Shown here in pieces: positions 38,960-49,763 of a DNA stretch of 64,000 bases (positions within the stretch are counted from its first letter, which is position 1; each line of letters begins with the position of its first letter). The stretch comes from Amoebophrya sp. A120 (lineage: Eukaryota; Protista; Dinoflagellata). The stretch covers positions 6,171,860 through 6,235,859 of the forward strand of contig CAJINV010000001.1 of NCBI GenBank assembly GCA_905178155.1, given 5' to 3'. The notes under the pieces are model-generated. The model saw only the letters and a program-made list of their open reading frames with translations, had not been told where the DNA came from and searched no databases. The position numbers were made by a program, and so were the translations under genes.

Positions 38960-40391
38960 GGGAAGGTCTGCTGGAACAGGCTCGGTTCGCAAGCGCAATT
39001 ATTGTACCTTTGTATACTAAAATTCCATGTCGAAAACGAATACCACTGCTGGCCTAGTTTACACCTTTTTTCATCATAATACATCGCATGTGGAGCTAGA
39101 TGCTGTGGTCCCTTCGGACGTCCGCAGGTTCTACTGCATTTTTTTGTGTAGTGTTTTTTACTTGTGTTGAGCTTCAGCTCTCTGTAACTGGAAGCTAATC
39201 GTATATTTGTTTTGAATTCTTTATCACTTACATCATGTTCTGGAGCGATACTCGCTCCTGCTATGCTTATTCAGAGTAGTGAAGGAAACGTTAGCGTTCA
39301 AGTTTGTGACTTTTTCGTGACTGCAGCAACATCTACGTCGTGGTGGTATCGTATTCATGTATTGTTTAAGTATTTCATTTCAACTACCTTCATCATGGGG
39401 CAGTGCAGATGGTAACTAGGGAAGCCACTGGTTGGTTTCAGCGTGTCGTAGAACTGGCCGAGGCGGCCGTGCTTTTACAACGATACATGTAGATACTGTA
39501 TGTGCTCTCTTGCTGGTAGTTGAATCTGTGGTTCTGCTGCAAGTTCAGGTTTATTCGCATCCTCTTTGGCGCTCTACCACAACCACTGAGCATTTTGAGC
39601 GAGAGCTGTCTTCCACCCTTGATATGGTTCCGCTTAATTTCATTTCTCATTGCCGCGAATTTCAATGGCCGTGGTCCGTGTCGGTCAACTATCGCCTCAC
39701 ACACTAGAATCTCCTCGGTCAGTGGTCTGCTCGACCCATCTTCACTGCGCTTCTGCTCGGTCGTAACCACAGTAATTTTCCATTCGCATTCGCGGTGGCA
39801 CAACTTATCGGTTTATTTCCATCTGTGTGACAACTACCACATCGACTGCCACATTGATTCGTAGTTTCCAACTACTGTTTTCCTTTCGGTCGTACAAACA
39901 TGATATCTGCTGCTCGTTCTTGTCGCGGCGCTTTCTGTCTTCGTGCATCAACTGCTGATTCAAACTGAATCCGTATCAAGCTCGTTCGAAATTACCTTGA
40001 AATAATGACTGAACTAAAAGTACGTGCAACAATGGTGCAAGCAGCACCACCGTCTTAAGAAATATCACCGGACGTCGTCCAGCCGGATACGATACGGTAG
40101 GACTAGATGAAGTTGTTGTCTGTGTGATTGTCCAGGACCTCCTCGCGCTAATATACACGAACACAAACACAATATCAATAAGCATGAATTTCGCAATGCT
40201 TTACTAACCGTAACCGTAACCACCCGCAGCCCCCCCCATAAGAAAATTGTATTGCTACTGATCTCTCATAAAGGAAACGTCATTGTTGCCCACTTTCTGA
40301 ACGTTGACCGAAAGGATGAAATACTTTTCCTTCTTCAACCTCGCAGCTGGGCGGTGAGCATATTCAACGGTGGAAAATAACATCCACAGAG

Positions 40392-42284
40392 ATGGACGAT
40401 TTCGACGCTGCTGTCAGCGACTTTTCAGAGGAAATTGTGGAGGACTTCGATTTCGAAAAAGAATTTTTTGAAGCAGCTGCCACGCAGCCGAGCAACAGCA
40501 AAACCACCAGCGACAAAAACTACAAGCCGTCGCACCACAGCGATAATCGGGTGACCGCTAGCGACGGGGGTCTGGAATTCGATGCACGCGGACGCCCCAC
40601 CTCTCCAGGGAACGAACTCGTCGATGAGAATCGGCCGCGTGGTCCATCAGCGGAGGATATCGCCCTGGCAACGCGATTTAGTGAGGAGATTGCGGAACAT
40701 CGCGGGCCCTCGCAGAAAGACATTGACTTGGCTTTGCAAATGGCGGAGCAAATTCGCTTGTCTGCGGCGGAGGCAGGAGGGGAATTCGAGAACGAGGATC
40801 TCGAGTACGACTATGATGCCACTTCCCCTGAACACATCTTGAGCAAGGTGGAGGACGCCCGGCAGAAGAAGCTGAGCCTCGCGAAGGCAAATTTGGAGCA
40901 CGCGAAGACGCGGGGCGCGAGCATGCGCAGCGGCTTCACCAGCAACACAAGCATGCGCAGTGGCATCACCAGCATGACTAACGACGGGATGAACATGCGG
41001 GAATTCCCGGCGTCGCAGTTGCAAGGACCACCAATGATCTCGGGAACCATCGCGGAGGAGGAGAGTGCGGCGTTGACGCGGTCGATTCGGGAAGTGATCG
41101 CAGAGGGCACGCTGGAGCGCAACAGCCGCGACAACGTCCTGGTTGAAGATGTCGCGGAAAACGCCGACGACCTGTCAACCCTGAATTCCCGCCGCTCCTC
41201 GGCTGGCCGGAAGAAGCTGAACGCGCGCAAGTCCTTCCACGACGACCACTTCCAGGAGCACGAGGCCGGCTGGCACGCTGTGGGTTCGGGCAGCGCCATC
41301 TTGCCGCCGTCCGCGAACGCGAGCGCCGGCGTGGTGGTGACGTTGCAGGGCCGCCAGTCGAACACGCTGAAGCCCGTCAGCGGCGACTTCGGCGATTTCG
41401 GAGACGACTTGGAGACGCCACCGGGCGAGAGTGACAGTGCACGGACTGGCGAGCAGTTCGCGGCTGCTCCCATCGCCGTTCGGGTCAGCCAGCAATTGAT
41501 GGCGGAACAAATGGTGGCGGCGCAAACTCTTGCGAATGAGAGAGCTGCTGCGATGAAGGCGGGAGGGGCGAAGACCAATGAGCAGCCACAGCAGGTGCTG
41601 ACGCCAAAGACCGCCACCATGGAGGCGGCCGCGACCGCTGCGCAGCCAGTGCCCGCGGACGTGCTGTCACGGCTGTACGCGGCGGAAAAGCGGGCGCAGC
41701 GCCTGGAGACCGACTTGGTAGTGGAGCGCGCGCGTCGGAGTACCTTGGAGCGAGAGCGCGACCAGGCCGATTTCGTCAAGCAGATGACCAGTCTGAAGAA
41801 GGACGTGGCGTCCTACCAGCAGGAAGTGCGTGCCTACCGGCGGGAGAACCGGTACGCCGAGAAGCTCGACGCCCGCGCCAACCGCGAACTTCGGATACCT
41901 GCCGGCAAACTTGTGGACGAGCTGGTAGCCGGCGCCACCACGGTACAGTACAACAACGCCGTGGCCGCGTACCGCCAGCGCCTCGGGCAAACCGCGGACG
42001 ACATGTTCGGGGGCGAGGATCTGCAGGCTGGATCCGACGGGAACTACATGTTGAGGCTGCAGCCGTCGGCCGGCGTTGCCGGGAGGTTGGACGCGCGCAA
42101 CCGCGTCCATATGCGCCCGTACCGCGCCGGCGCGCCCCTGGGGAAGAAGGGAAATCCGCGAGGAGCCGGGAAGTCCCCGGACTTCTACGGAGGCTTGTTT
42201 GACCCCATCAAATCGGAGCAAGAAATTCGGGACCAGTTGATGCTCGGACCGAAAGACGCACCTCCGCTCGAGATTCCAACGTAA
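40392..42284 (+). CDS. Unknown protein with acidic N-terminus and coiled coil
   Basis: 630-aa ATG-initiated ORF with coding-like codon bias. Confidence 0.75.
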   Translation: MDDFDAAVSDFSEEIVEDFDFEKEFFEAAATQPSNSKTTSDKNYKPSHHSDNRVTASDGGLEFDARGRPTSPGNELVDENRPRGPSAEDIALATRFSEEIAEHRGPSQKDIDLALQMAEQIRLSAAEAGGEFENEDLEYDYDATSPEHILSKVEDARQKKLSLAKANLEHAKTRGASMRSGFTSNTSMRSGITSMTNDGMNMREFPASQLQGPPMISGTIAEEESAALTRSIREVIAEGTLERNSRDNVLVEDVAENADDLSTLNSRRSSAGRKKLNARKSFHDDHFQEHEAGWHAVGSGSAILPPSANASAGVVVTLQGRQSNTLKPVSGDFGDFGDDLETPPGESDSARTGEQFAAAPIAVRVSQQLMAEQMVAAQTLANERAAAMKAGGAKTNEQPQQVLTPKTATMEAAATAAQPVPADVLSRLYAAEKRAQRLETDLVVERARRSTLERERDQADFVKQMTSLKKDVASYQQEVRAYRRENRYAEKLDARANRELRIPAGKLVDELVAGATTVQYNNAVAAYRQRLGQTADDMFGGEDLQAGSDGNYMLRLQPSAGVAGRLDARNRVHMRPYRAGAPLGKKGNPRGAGKSPDFYGGLFDPIKSEQEIRDQLMLGPKDAPPLEIPT

Positions 42285-42652
42285 GAGCTTAATACACTTG
42301 GCGCTCTACTTTCTCCTTCAACAGTGTCATTGATTATGGAATTTACTTTTTGATTTGTAATCAGTTGTGAAATGATTATGATAATGATGATCAGCACTTT
42401 TATTCCCACAAACTGCAAAATAACAGGGAGCCATACGTTGTTCCTCCAGAAGCTCGCGACCATGAACTCACTCGACCTCCGCAACACGCTCCTACGCTAG
42501 AAGAAATACAACTCAACCCGAACAACTACACTGTACCGACGTACCTGCAGAACTATGCGAAAGCAGCAGCACAGACATCATCTTCCGCTGCAACGCCGGC
42601 GAAGCCGCCTCCCGGTAAAATCTTCAAGGACAGTGCGCCCGCAGGGTATAAG

Positions 42653-45600
42653 ATGAAAGCGAAAATGCCAATAAATCAAGGGGCGGCTGCTAATAGTGTC
42701 CCGGGCGATAGTAATCAGACGCAGTGGGCCGTAGTGAACGGCAAGTACCAAAAGTTGGGATCTGCGTTGCCAGTGCGTTCGCGTTCGGGTGACATGAACT
42801 TTCCGGTGCCGATGCCGCAGAGTCAAGGTGGTGCAGACGAGGACCAAATGTCCTCAATGATCGCCGCAGTTGATATTCCTCCCGCCGTTCCCGGGGGCGG
42901 GAGATCATCAAATATTAGAAACATGATTGACAACGAAGACACAACTGCTCCCGAAACTGCCGGTGGTGATGAGGACGTGGCCGTGACGCCCGCGATGATC
43001 GCGCTCGACAACGCAAGGCGAACCTTGTCGGAGCAAACTGGGCTACCCGAGTACGCCGTGGAAGCAGCTGCTGTAGAGGTTGCCGTCAGGGGTGGATCGC
43101 TGCTTGTCACAGACGATGCGCAACCTTCGACTCCCGAGAGCAGTAGCCCGCGCGTCGTGGATTTGGCATTCCTTTCGCAGAAGAAGGAAGTGCAAAAAGC
43201 CTACAGCGGGCGTCCCACAGGGTTCGAAGAACAACCTGGAAGCGGCGCAGCTGGTGGACGAGCACCGGCAGTGAGCAACAGGGCCGCCTTTCTCAGTCAG
43301 AAAAAAGAGGTCCAAAAGGCCTACACCGGCCGACCCAGCGCATTTGAGTACACTGGTGATGCTGCAGGCGGACCAGCAGGCCCGTTGTCGAGCGGTGGTC
43401 CTGTGTCATCCGCCCGACTCGCGTTTCTGGAGGATAAGAAGCCCGTGCAAAAAGCGTACGGTGGGCGACCAACGCACTACGAAACCACCGGTAAACCACC
43501 GGCAAAACTGGGCGGGTTTCAAGTACCACAAGAGAATAAAAAGCAAATCCAGAAGGCCTACAGCGGGCGCCCTACGGGAATGGAAGGCGCACAGCCACAG
43601 AGTTTCGGGCAGACACCTGGTCGCTTAGCCTTTCTTGAGGAAAAAAAACCGGTGCAAAGAGCTTACAGTGGACGCCCGACACCTGTCGACGCAACCGGTA
43701 CTAACATGGTAAGTCTACCAAAGGAACCGGACTACACGCCAAGTCCGCCGATCCAGTCTCGCGGTGAGCCAGCTGTGCCGGCGGTTATCGCCCTGGGAAG
43801 TCGCAAGCAAGCCTACGAGCAGCAGGCGCGGACCATGGCAAAGCGCCAGGACACCGTCGAAGCGGTGAACGAGCAAGCTCCGCCTGCGCCAGTCGCGCCA
43901 ATGTCTTTGAAAGAGCGAATGCGGCTGCTCGAGGAGAGCAAGAGCGGGAAGAAAGCACCAGCTCCGGAGCCCGTTGCGGAACCCACTGTCTCGCCCATGC
44001 AGAGCGCACGCGAACGATTTGAGCATCCGCGCAGCTACGAAGCTCCACCCGAGCCTCCGCACGCGCCCGAGGTCCGCAGCCTGCGCGACGCTTTCGAGCG
44101 TCCAGCCCCGCCGTCACCCAAGCAGGAGCCGAAAGAAGTGACGGCTGTGATGAGCATGAAAGCGATGTTCGATAAGCCAGAGCAGAAGCCCAAGCCGAAA
44201 CCAGCGGTGCTGAGCATGGCACAGCAATTCGAAAAGCCACAGCCCAAGGCAAAGCAGAAGGTTGAACCGCGGCACGAGTTTGTCACCGCGCAGAAGCACT
44301 ACGAGGTGAGCGAGCCAACGGCAGTGCAGAAAATGGCCATGGGCATGGAGGCACCAAAGGCGCAGCCGAAGCGCAAGACGCAAACGGCCGAGGCTATTGC
44401 CAGCAAGAAGAGCGTTTTCGAGGACAAGGCAGCGGCTGCGAGGAAGACGAGAAAAACCGCGGAGACCGAAGCGATCACCAGTATGAAAGAGATGTTCAAC
44501 AAGTCCCCGGCGACGTCTCCAGCGCAGAGCCCCCGGGAGGCGTTGAAAAACAAAGGGGCCAACAAGGGAGGTGCTTCCGCGAGTAGAACCCCGCCAGCCG
44601 GGTTCAACCTTTCTCCGGGGGGCAAAGGTACTGCAACTCCAACGGATGTTGCATACGAGTACGACCCATCAACAACTTCGCTGCCGTTCCCAAGAACGGA
44701 TAGTGTGATCTCTCCCATCTTAAGGTCGGTCCAGTCCGGGCTCTACAAGGACCAGGTTCCACAGCCACAGGAAGTAGAAGAGGCCCGCGAGCCGTCGCTC
44801 TTGGACGGCAACTTTATTGTCCCACCGCCGAACAATACAGCTGCTCCCGCTCCTGGAACGACTGGCCAAAATCGAAATGAATACACCGAGCGTGAAGTCC
44901 GAGAAACCGCTGCGGGCAATGTATCTTCCGACAACAAGTCAGATGAGTTTTTTGACACAGACGAGGAACGATTGAAGATCCTGAATCAAAGTCTTGAGGC
45001 GGCTGGAAACAACCGCAGTGTGGAGCGTAAGTCTACTGGTTTGAAGGTAAAGCGGGCATCATCTACGTCCGGGGCGCAACCTGCTGCTGCCCGGGGTCAG
45101 GACCCTGCTCCGGGCGCGATGCTGAGTGCCGTGCTGGATGAGTACCCACCAAATCCAAATGCTGCTGTTCCGCCCGCACAGCCCCCGCCGGACTCTACTC
45201 TGTTCTGGTTGGGCGTGGATCAGACAACGCCGGACGGGCGCCCGCCCCCGAACACGGTGCCGCAAATATTACCAAGTAATCCGCAAATGCAACCGGGGAG
45301 TCAAGGCTCGAAGGGAGCGCCAGTGTCCTCCAAGGGCCCACCGGTTCCGACTTCCACCTCTGGCAAATTCTCTATGAAAGGTGGATCTGCGAAGATTATA
45401 CCCAGTGTGAATATGATTTCGGTTTCTGGGAAAGGAAGCAGCAAGGGTCCGCCGGTGCCTCCTGTGGGTACGACAAGTATGAAAAGTAGCAAGGGTAAAG
45501 GAAAAAAATCTGGCTTCACTCCAGTCTCCACGCCTCCAGACAGCGACGCAGAACGTACTGCAGAAGTTGTCACAAACTCAATGCCATTCTCAAAGGGAGA

Positions 45601-45982
45601 GCGACCAAGAAGGAGCCGAGCCTCGCAAGGCGGTCCAACGGGCCCACCCAAGGTCGTGTCGGCATCCGGGGACGTACCAGCATGGGCTACTCCTGCGAAC
45701 ACGAGCAATATTCCGTTTGCGAAGGGGGAGCGCGTCCGAACCAGCGGCGCGAAAATCCGAAGTTCGCAGGCAACTAACGCTAGCGACGGCAAGCCATTTG
45801 CAGCTCCAGACTTTGTGTCCCAGCTCGGCAGCGTGCAACTGAAGTCGGCCAAGGTCGCAAATCCCGCAAGCAAGCCGAAACCAATGGACGTCGGGTCAGA
45901 ACTTGCAAACTCCATGCGAATGATCCGGGAGAAACGCGCGCCCGAGGTGGTGTTCGAAGCCCAAGGAACGAATCGAATATAA
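42653..45982 (+). CDS. Large proline-rich disordered protein with internal peptide repeats and a possible C-terminal WH2-like motif
   Basis: 1109-aa ORF; five K..QKAYSGRPT-type repeats; FVSQLGSVQLKSAK near the C-terminus. Confidence 0.75.
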   Translation: MKAKMPINQGAAANSVPGDSNQTQWAVVNGKYQKLGSALPVRSRSGDMNFPVPMPQSQGGADEDQMSSMIAAVDIPPAVPGGGRSSNIRNMIDNEDTTAPETAGGDEDVAVTPAMIALDNARRTLSEQTGLPEYAVEAAAVEVAVRGGSLLVTDDAQPSTPESSSPRVVDLAFLSQKKEVQKAYSGRPTGFEEQPGSGAAGGRAPAVSNRAAFLSQKKEVQKAYTGRPSAFEYTGDAAGGPAGPLSSGGPVSSARLAFLEDKKPVQKAYGGRPTHYETTGKPPAKLGGFQVPQENKKQIQKAYSGRPTGMEGAQPQSFGQTPGRLAFLEEKKPVQRAYSGRPTPVDATGTNMVSLPKEPDYTPSPPIQSRGEPAVPAVIALGSRKQAYEQQARTMAKRQDTVEAVNEQAPPAPVAPMSLKERMRLLEESKSGKKAPAPEPVAEPTVSPMQSARERFEHPRSYEAPPEPPHAPEVRSLRDAFERPAPPSPKQEPKEVTAVMSMKAMFDKPEQKPKPKPAVLSMAQQFEKPQPKAKQKVEPRHEFVTAQKHYEVSEPTAVQKMAMGMEAPKAQPKRKTQTAEAIASKKSVFEDKAAAARKTRKTAETEAITSMKEMFNKSPATSPAQSPREALKNKGANKGGASASRTPPAGFNLSPGGKGTATPTDVAYEYDPSTTSLPFPRTDSVISPILRSVQSGLYKDQVPQPQEVEEAREPSLLDGNFIVPPPNNTAAPAPGTTGQNRNEYTEREVRETAAGNVSSDNKSDEFFDTDEERLKILNQSLEAAGNNRSVERKSTGLKVKRASSTSGAQPAAARGQDPAPGAMLSAVLDEYPPNPNAAVPPAQPPPDSTLFWLGVDQTTPDGRPPPNTVPQILPSNPQMQPGSQGSKGAPVSSKGPPVPTSTSGKFSMKGGSAKIIPSVNMISVSGKGSSKGPPVPPVGTTSMKSSKGKGKKSGFTPVSTPPDSDAERTAEVVTNSMPFSKGERPRRSRASQGGPTGPPKVVSASGDVPAWATPANTSNIPFAKGERVRTSGAKIRSSQATNASDGKPFAAPDFVSQLGSVQLKSAKVANPASKPKPMDVGSELANSMRMIREKRAPEVVFEAQGTNRI

Positions 45983-47236
45983 TAGCAGCTTGCTTTTTTT
46001 TTGAAACATCCACATTTTCATGACCACATCTCTACATTACGAACAAACTGTATATGACGAAGTATCAGGATGATGCTTCGCTTCAAAACTGCAGGCGCTT
46101 TAGTTTTTGACAGTTTCCGTATTTCTAGCACTAGCTACGGGAGCTTTTCACTCCACCAATTTTTGTACGCAACAGGCTGAGCAGAGCTTTTTATCTGAAG
46201 ATACTGATTTCCTCTGAATATCTCCAACTTCATCAATGCTCTTCTCGTATTGCTCCCGTCATTTGATGTTGGCATGATCGAGGGCAAAACCGTAGATGAT
46301 GTTGATGTAGCTCGCCGTAGGTCTATTATCGGTTTCAATTAAGTAAGTCAGTGTGTTAAAAACTCTGATACATGATTGGAACATGTTGATTCTGGTCTCA
46401 TGTCGTCCCAGAATCGTTCTGGGGCACTAGGCCACGAAAGATGTTCCTTGGTTTCCGATAAACATGAAACAGTGCGCCTGTGTGTCTGTAATTGATCTTG
46501 GCCAGTGACGACCAGGAATATCAACAGTACATGAGGATTTACATCAACGGTCATCGTCCCCGCAGAACATCGGTTTGCGCTCCTGAATGAATATCAGTAT
46601 AGAAAAGACAAGCCAGAAATTAAGGCTACGCTAGTACGCAACCTTATCTGAAGATTCGGTATTATTTTCCAGGTTGTAATCACCACCACCTGTATCTATT
46701 CAACTACCATCGGTAGATCATGTGATCAGTCTTTTTGTCGGTTGCCATCAAGCTAGTTGATTTCAGTGTACTTAGATGGCCTCGGTAAAATTGCGCTCGG
46801 TTGGATTGCGGTGATCCCTACACCATGAACTCTGTCCGAAGTGTAGAATAGCCATGCCAAGCTGTACTTGAACGAACACGGATTGCCGAAGACGTTGTTT
46901 GAAGTTGAACCACGTATCACCTAATGCTGCTGAAGCGGAATATATGTGGTCGGCATCATCTTCATACAGGACGGCGGATAGGAGAATAACATCGCATACC
47001 ACCGAAATTTTTTTTTGGTACTTCTAGCTCTGAGCATCACCATACCGAAGAGCAGCAAGGTAAGTACCTGCCCGAAGTTTACTTTTTTCATCGCTTTTAC
47101 ATGACTAGCTTCGTTCACAACTTTGACTTCCTTTAGATTTTCATACTCGTTCTAGAATAATTTTTGTGCTCTCTAATCCGCCCTCGTCTTTTTCATCGCC
47201 TTCGCTTCCCATCCCCGCCCGTCCGCACCAGCCAAG

Positions 47237-49763
47237 ATGACGGTTTCCAAGAACCAGCGTCAGGACGACTTCGATCGTTCGATGAAATCTCTCGACGATG
47301 GGCTCCTTTCCCTGTGTAAACAAACTTCGGTGATTAAGAAGAAGGCCATTGTGCTGCGCATGCAGGAGCAGTTCGGGAAGCTCCGCGATTTGATGCTTAA
47401 GTGGCTCCAGGACAAGGACCGCACGGACCTGCGGGACACTTTCGAACCCAACAACTTCTACCGGTTGGTCCGTCTGGCCGCCCTGTTAGAGGAAAACGCG
47501 GATATGGACGCGCTGTGCGGCGCCAAAATGCCCCCGGACGTGCGGTGGCACCAGTGTAACGAGGCGGTGAAGACCGTGCGGGCGGTGCTGGAGGACTACA
47601 CGGGGAAGCGGAAGGAAATCGAGGCCGCCCTGCTGAAGGAGGAGGAACGGCTGAAGGCGCAGATGGCCCGGGCCACGGTGATGCCCGTGCCGGAGGAGAA
47701 GAAGATCAAGGAGGACTCCGTGCAGACGCCCCAGCAGATCAAGCAAAACAAGTCGGATGTGGAGGTCAACTTGATCATGTCCCAAATGGAAGAAATCGAC
47801 GCCATGATGTCCATCGTGCAAGATCCATCCAGTACAACTTTCTTTTTGAATCATCATATAACATAATCCTGCAATAGCAATGAGTGCTGGAATGCGGCTT
47901 GTTGTCAAGTTTCTACGGAGGCGTTTGTGTTACTTACAAAACGAAAGCCGCACTGATGTTCTACTTTTATGACTTTGAATGGTCGGGAAAGTCAAGGAAA
48001 GTTACCGGTTTGCAAATTCACTCGCATGATCTTCGTGAAAAAAAACATAAACTCACCACAAAGGTATGACGGGTCTGGACAAGATTGTGGTGGTCGACTC
48101 CCCGACGATTGAGCCCATGGTAGGGCCGCCGGTGAAGGCGCAGAAGACCATTCCCCCAGTGAACAACACGCCGGTGATTCCGACCGCGGTGTCCACCCGC
48201 GACACGGTGGTGCCGGACACGGTCCCGGAAAACAAGAGGAAGAACTGGCAGCGGGCCAACAGCGCGCGGCCGGTGCCGAAGGCGGGGAAAGCGTACGTGG
48301 AGGAGGATACCGTTATGGACACCATCTCGGACGACTTCCGCAAGCAGATTGACAACGTGAAGGACCTGAAGGGCCTGATGGCGAACGTGGACCCACCGGA
48401 CGCGGGCTTCCAGCCGGGCAACTGGCTGATCTGGATGTGCTATGCAGTGCAAAAGCATCGTACTCGTATAAATGCATTACAAATTTCCTCAGCATTAGAA
48501 ATTCAATTTGTAATGCGGATCTGACTTACCAAAAAGATTTCTAATGCATGATTGCAAGACGAGTGCGATACTTTTGCACAGGATATGTGCGCCCGGGTGT
48601 TTTGGAACGACCCCACTTTGGATGACGTCAACTTCACCAACATCTACCTCCCGCCGCCGGAGAAGGAAAAACGGATTATTCCGAAGTTCATGGACGGGCT
48701 GGCCCAGAAAAACGAATACGTGAAAACACTGTCGCTCAGCAACGTCAACTTCGATGCCAAATCGGCAAAGTATCATTTTTTTTCATAATTTTGTTTCAAT
48801 TCATGAACGACTTGACATTTTTGACGCAGACGGTACGATCATGTCTTTATCGTTCACTTGTCTCCGTGCTAAATTTGATTACCGCGCTACTTTTTCCACC
48901 AAACTAATTGCAGGCGATGGCACGAGGTCTTTGCAAACAACAAGACAGTGAAGGTCCTGGACTTGAGCAGCAACCCGTGGAACGCCGAGCTTATGATGGG
49001 TTGGGTTGACGGCATCTCGAAAACCACAACACTGGATATGGCGCTCTCAACTGTTACATTCTCAACTGTTACATGATTTGTCATGCAAAATTACCTTGAC
49101 TATCAACGCCATCAAGCTGGCTCGCATGACAAATTCTCAGACGGCCAAACAGGCTGAGAATCTGTGCCAAATCTGTCATGCAAGAAGCGCAATGTCTTTC
49201 CTTTCACTTTTGCCATTCTTGCATCACAAATCCATGTAACAGTTGAGAGTGTAACAGTTGAGAACGCCATACTGGAGGAGCTCCGCATAAACAACATGAA
49301 CTTTGGCAACACCGGACACTCCGTCGGCGTGGAAAAATGTTATCAGATGCAAAAATGTGTGGGTCTGGAAGACTGCAACTTGTGATGCTGTCTCTGCATT
49401 CTAAAAAAATCTGTATTGCATGACCAGCAAGAGGAGTCCGCTTTGTGCTACATGGAGACGGTATTTCTCATGCGGAATAGGCATTAGGAAGCCCTCTAAA
49501 AATCTGTGATGCTAGGCGATGCATTACACGCGTCATGAGCAGTCATGTAACATTTGCATGACAAGTCTTGCATTCTTCCAGACCCAGACATTTTTGCATT
49601 TCATAAATGTCTGGCGGACGCAATTTTGAAGAACCAAAGCATTGTCAAGCTCGGTTTGGAATTGAAGGATCCGACTTGGCGAAACAAGATTGATCGACAG
49701 ATCATGCAAAACAAGGACCTGGCCAGACAAAGAAGGGTGGCTGCGGCCAAGGCTGGAAAGTGA
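47237..49763 (+). CDS. Tropomodulin-like LRR protein with N-terminal 'NFYRL' domain (~496 aa; exons 47237-47831, 48064-48440, 48591-48769, 48914-49036, 49277-49340, 49611-49763)
   Basis: Reconstructed C-terminus NDPTLDDVNFTNI...NEYVKTLSLSN...NNKTVKVLDLSSN...TTTLEELRINN...GVEKCLADAILKNQSIVKLG...IMQNKDLARQRR matches the tropomodulin LRR cap domain. Two GT-AG introns plus three introners; exon total 1491 nt. Confidence 0.85.
48441..48585. mobile_element. IE2: 145-bp MITE-like introner, subfamily A, TSD TGTGC
   Basis: TATGCAGTGCAAAAGCATCGTACTCGT ... ACGAGTGCGATACTTTTGCACAGGATA; TGTGC at 48436-48440 and 48586-48590; in-frame stop inside. Confidence 0.92.
49037..49271. mobile_element. IE3: 235-bp MITE-like introner, subfamily B, TSD CTGGA
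   Basis: Terminal inverted repeat 37/39 identical; CTGGA at 49032-49036 and 49272-49276; removal gives KTTTLEELRINN. Confidence 0.95.
49341..49605. mobile_element. IE4: 265-bp MITE-like introner, A-like ends, TSD AATGT
   Basis: Terminal inverted repeat 34/38 identical (TATCAGATGCAAAAATG / TATGAAATGCAAAAATG); AATGT at 49336-49340 and 49606-49610; removal gives GVEKCLADAIL. Confidence 0.95.

Noticed and set aside
48435-49610. 6-bp TSD reading (ATGTGC, ACTGGA, AAATGT) for IE2-IE4
   Set aside because: The extra A belongs to the terminal ATA; IE5 and IE6 allow only 5 bp.
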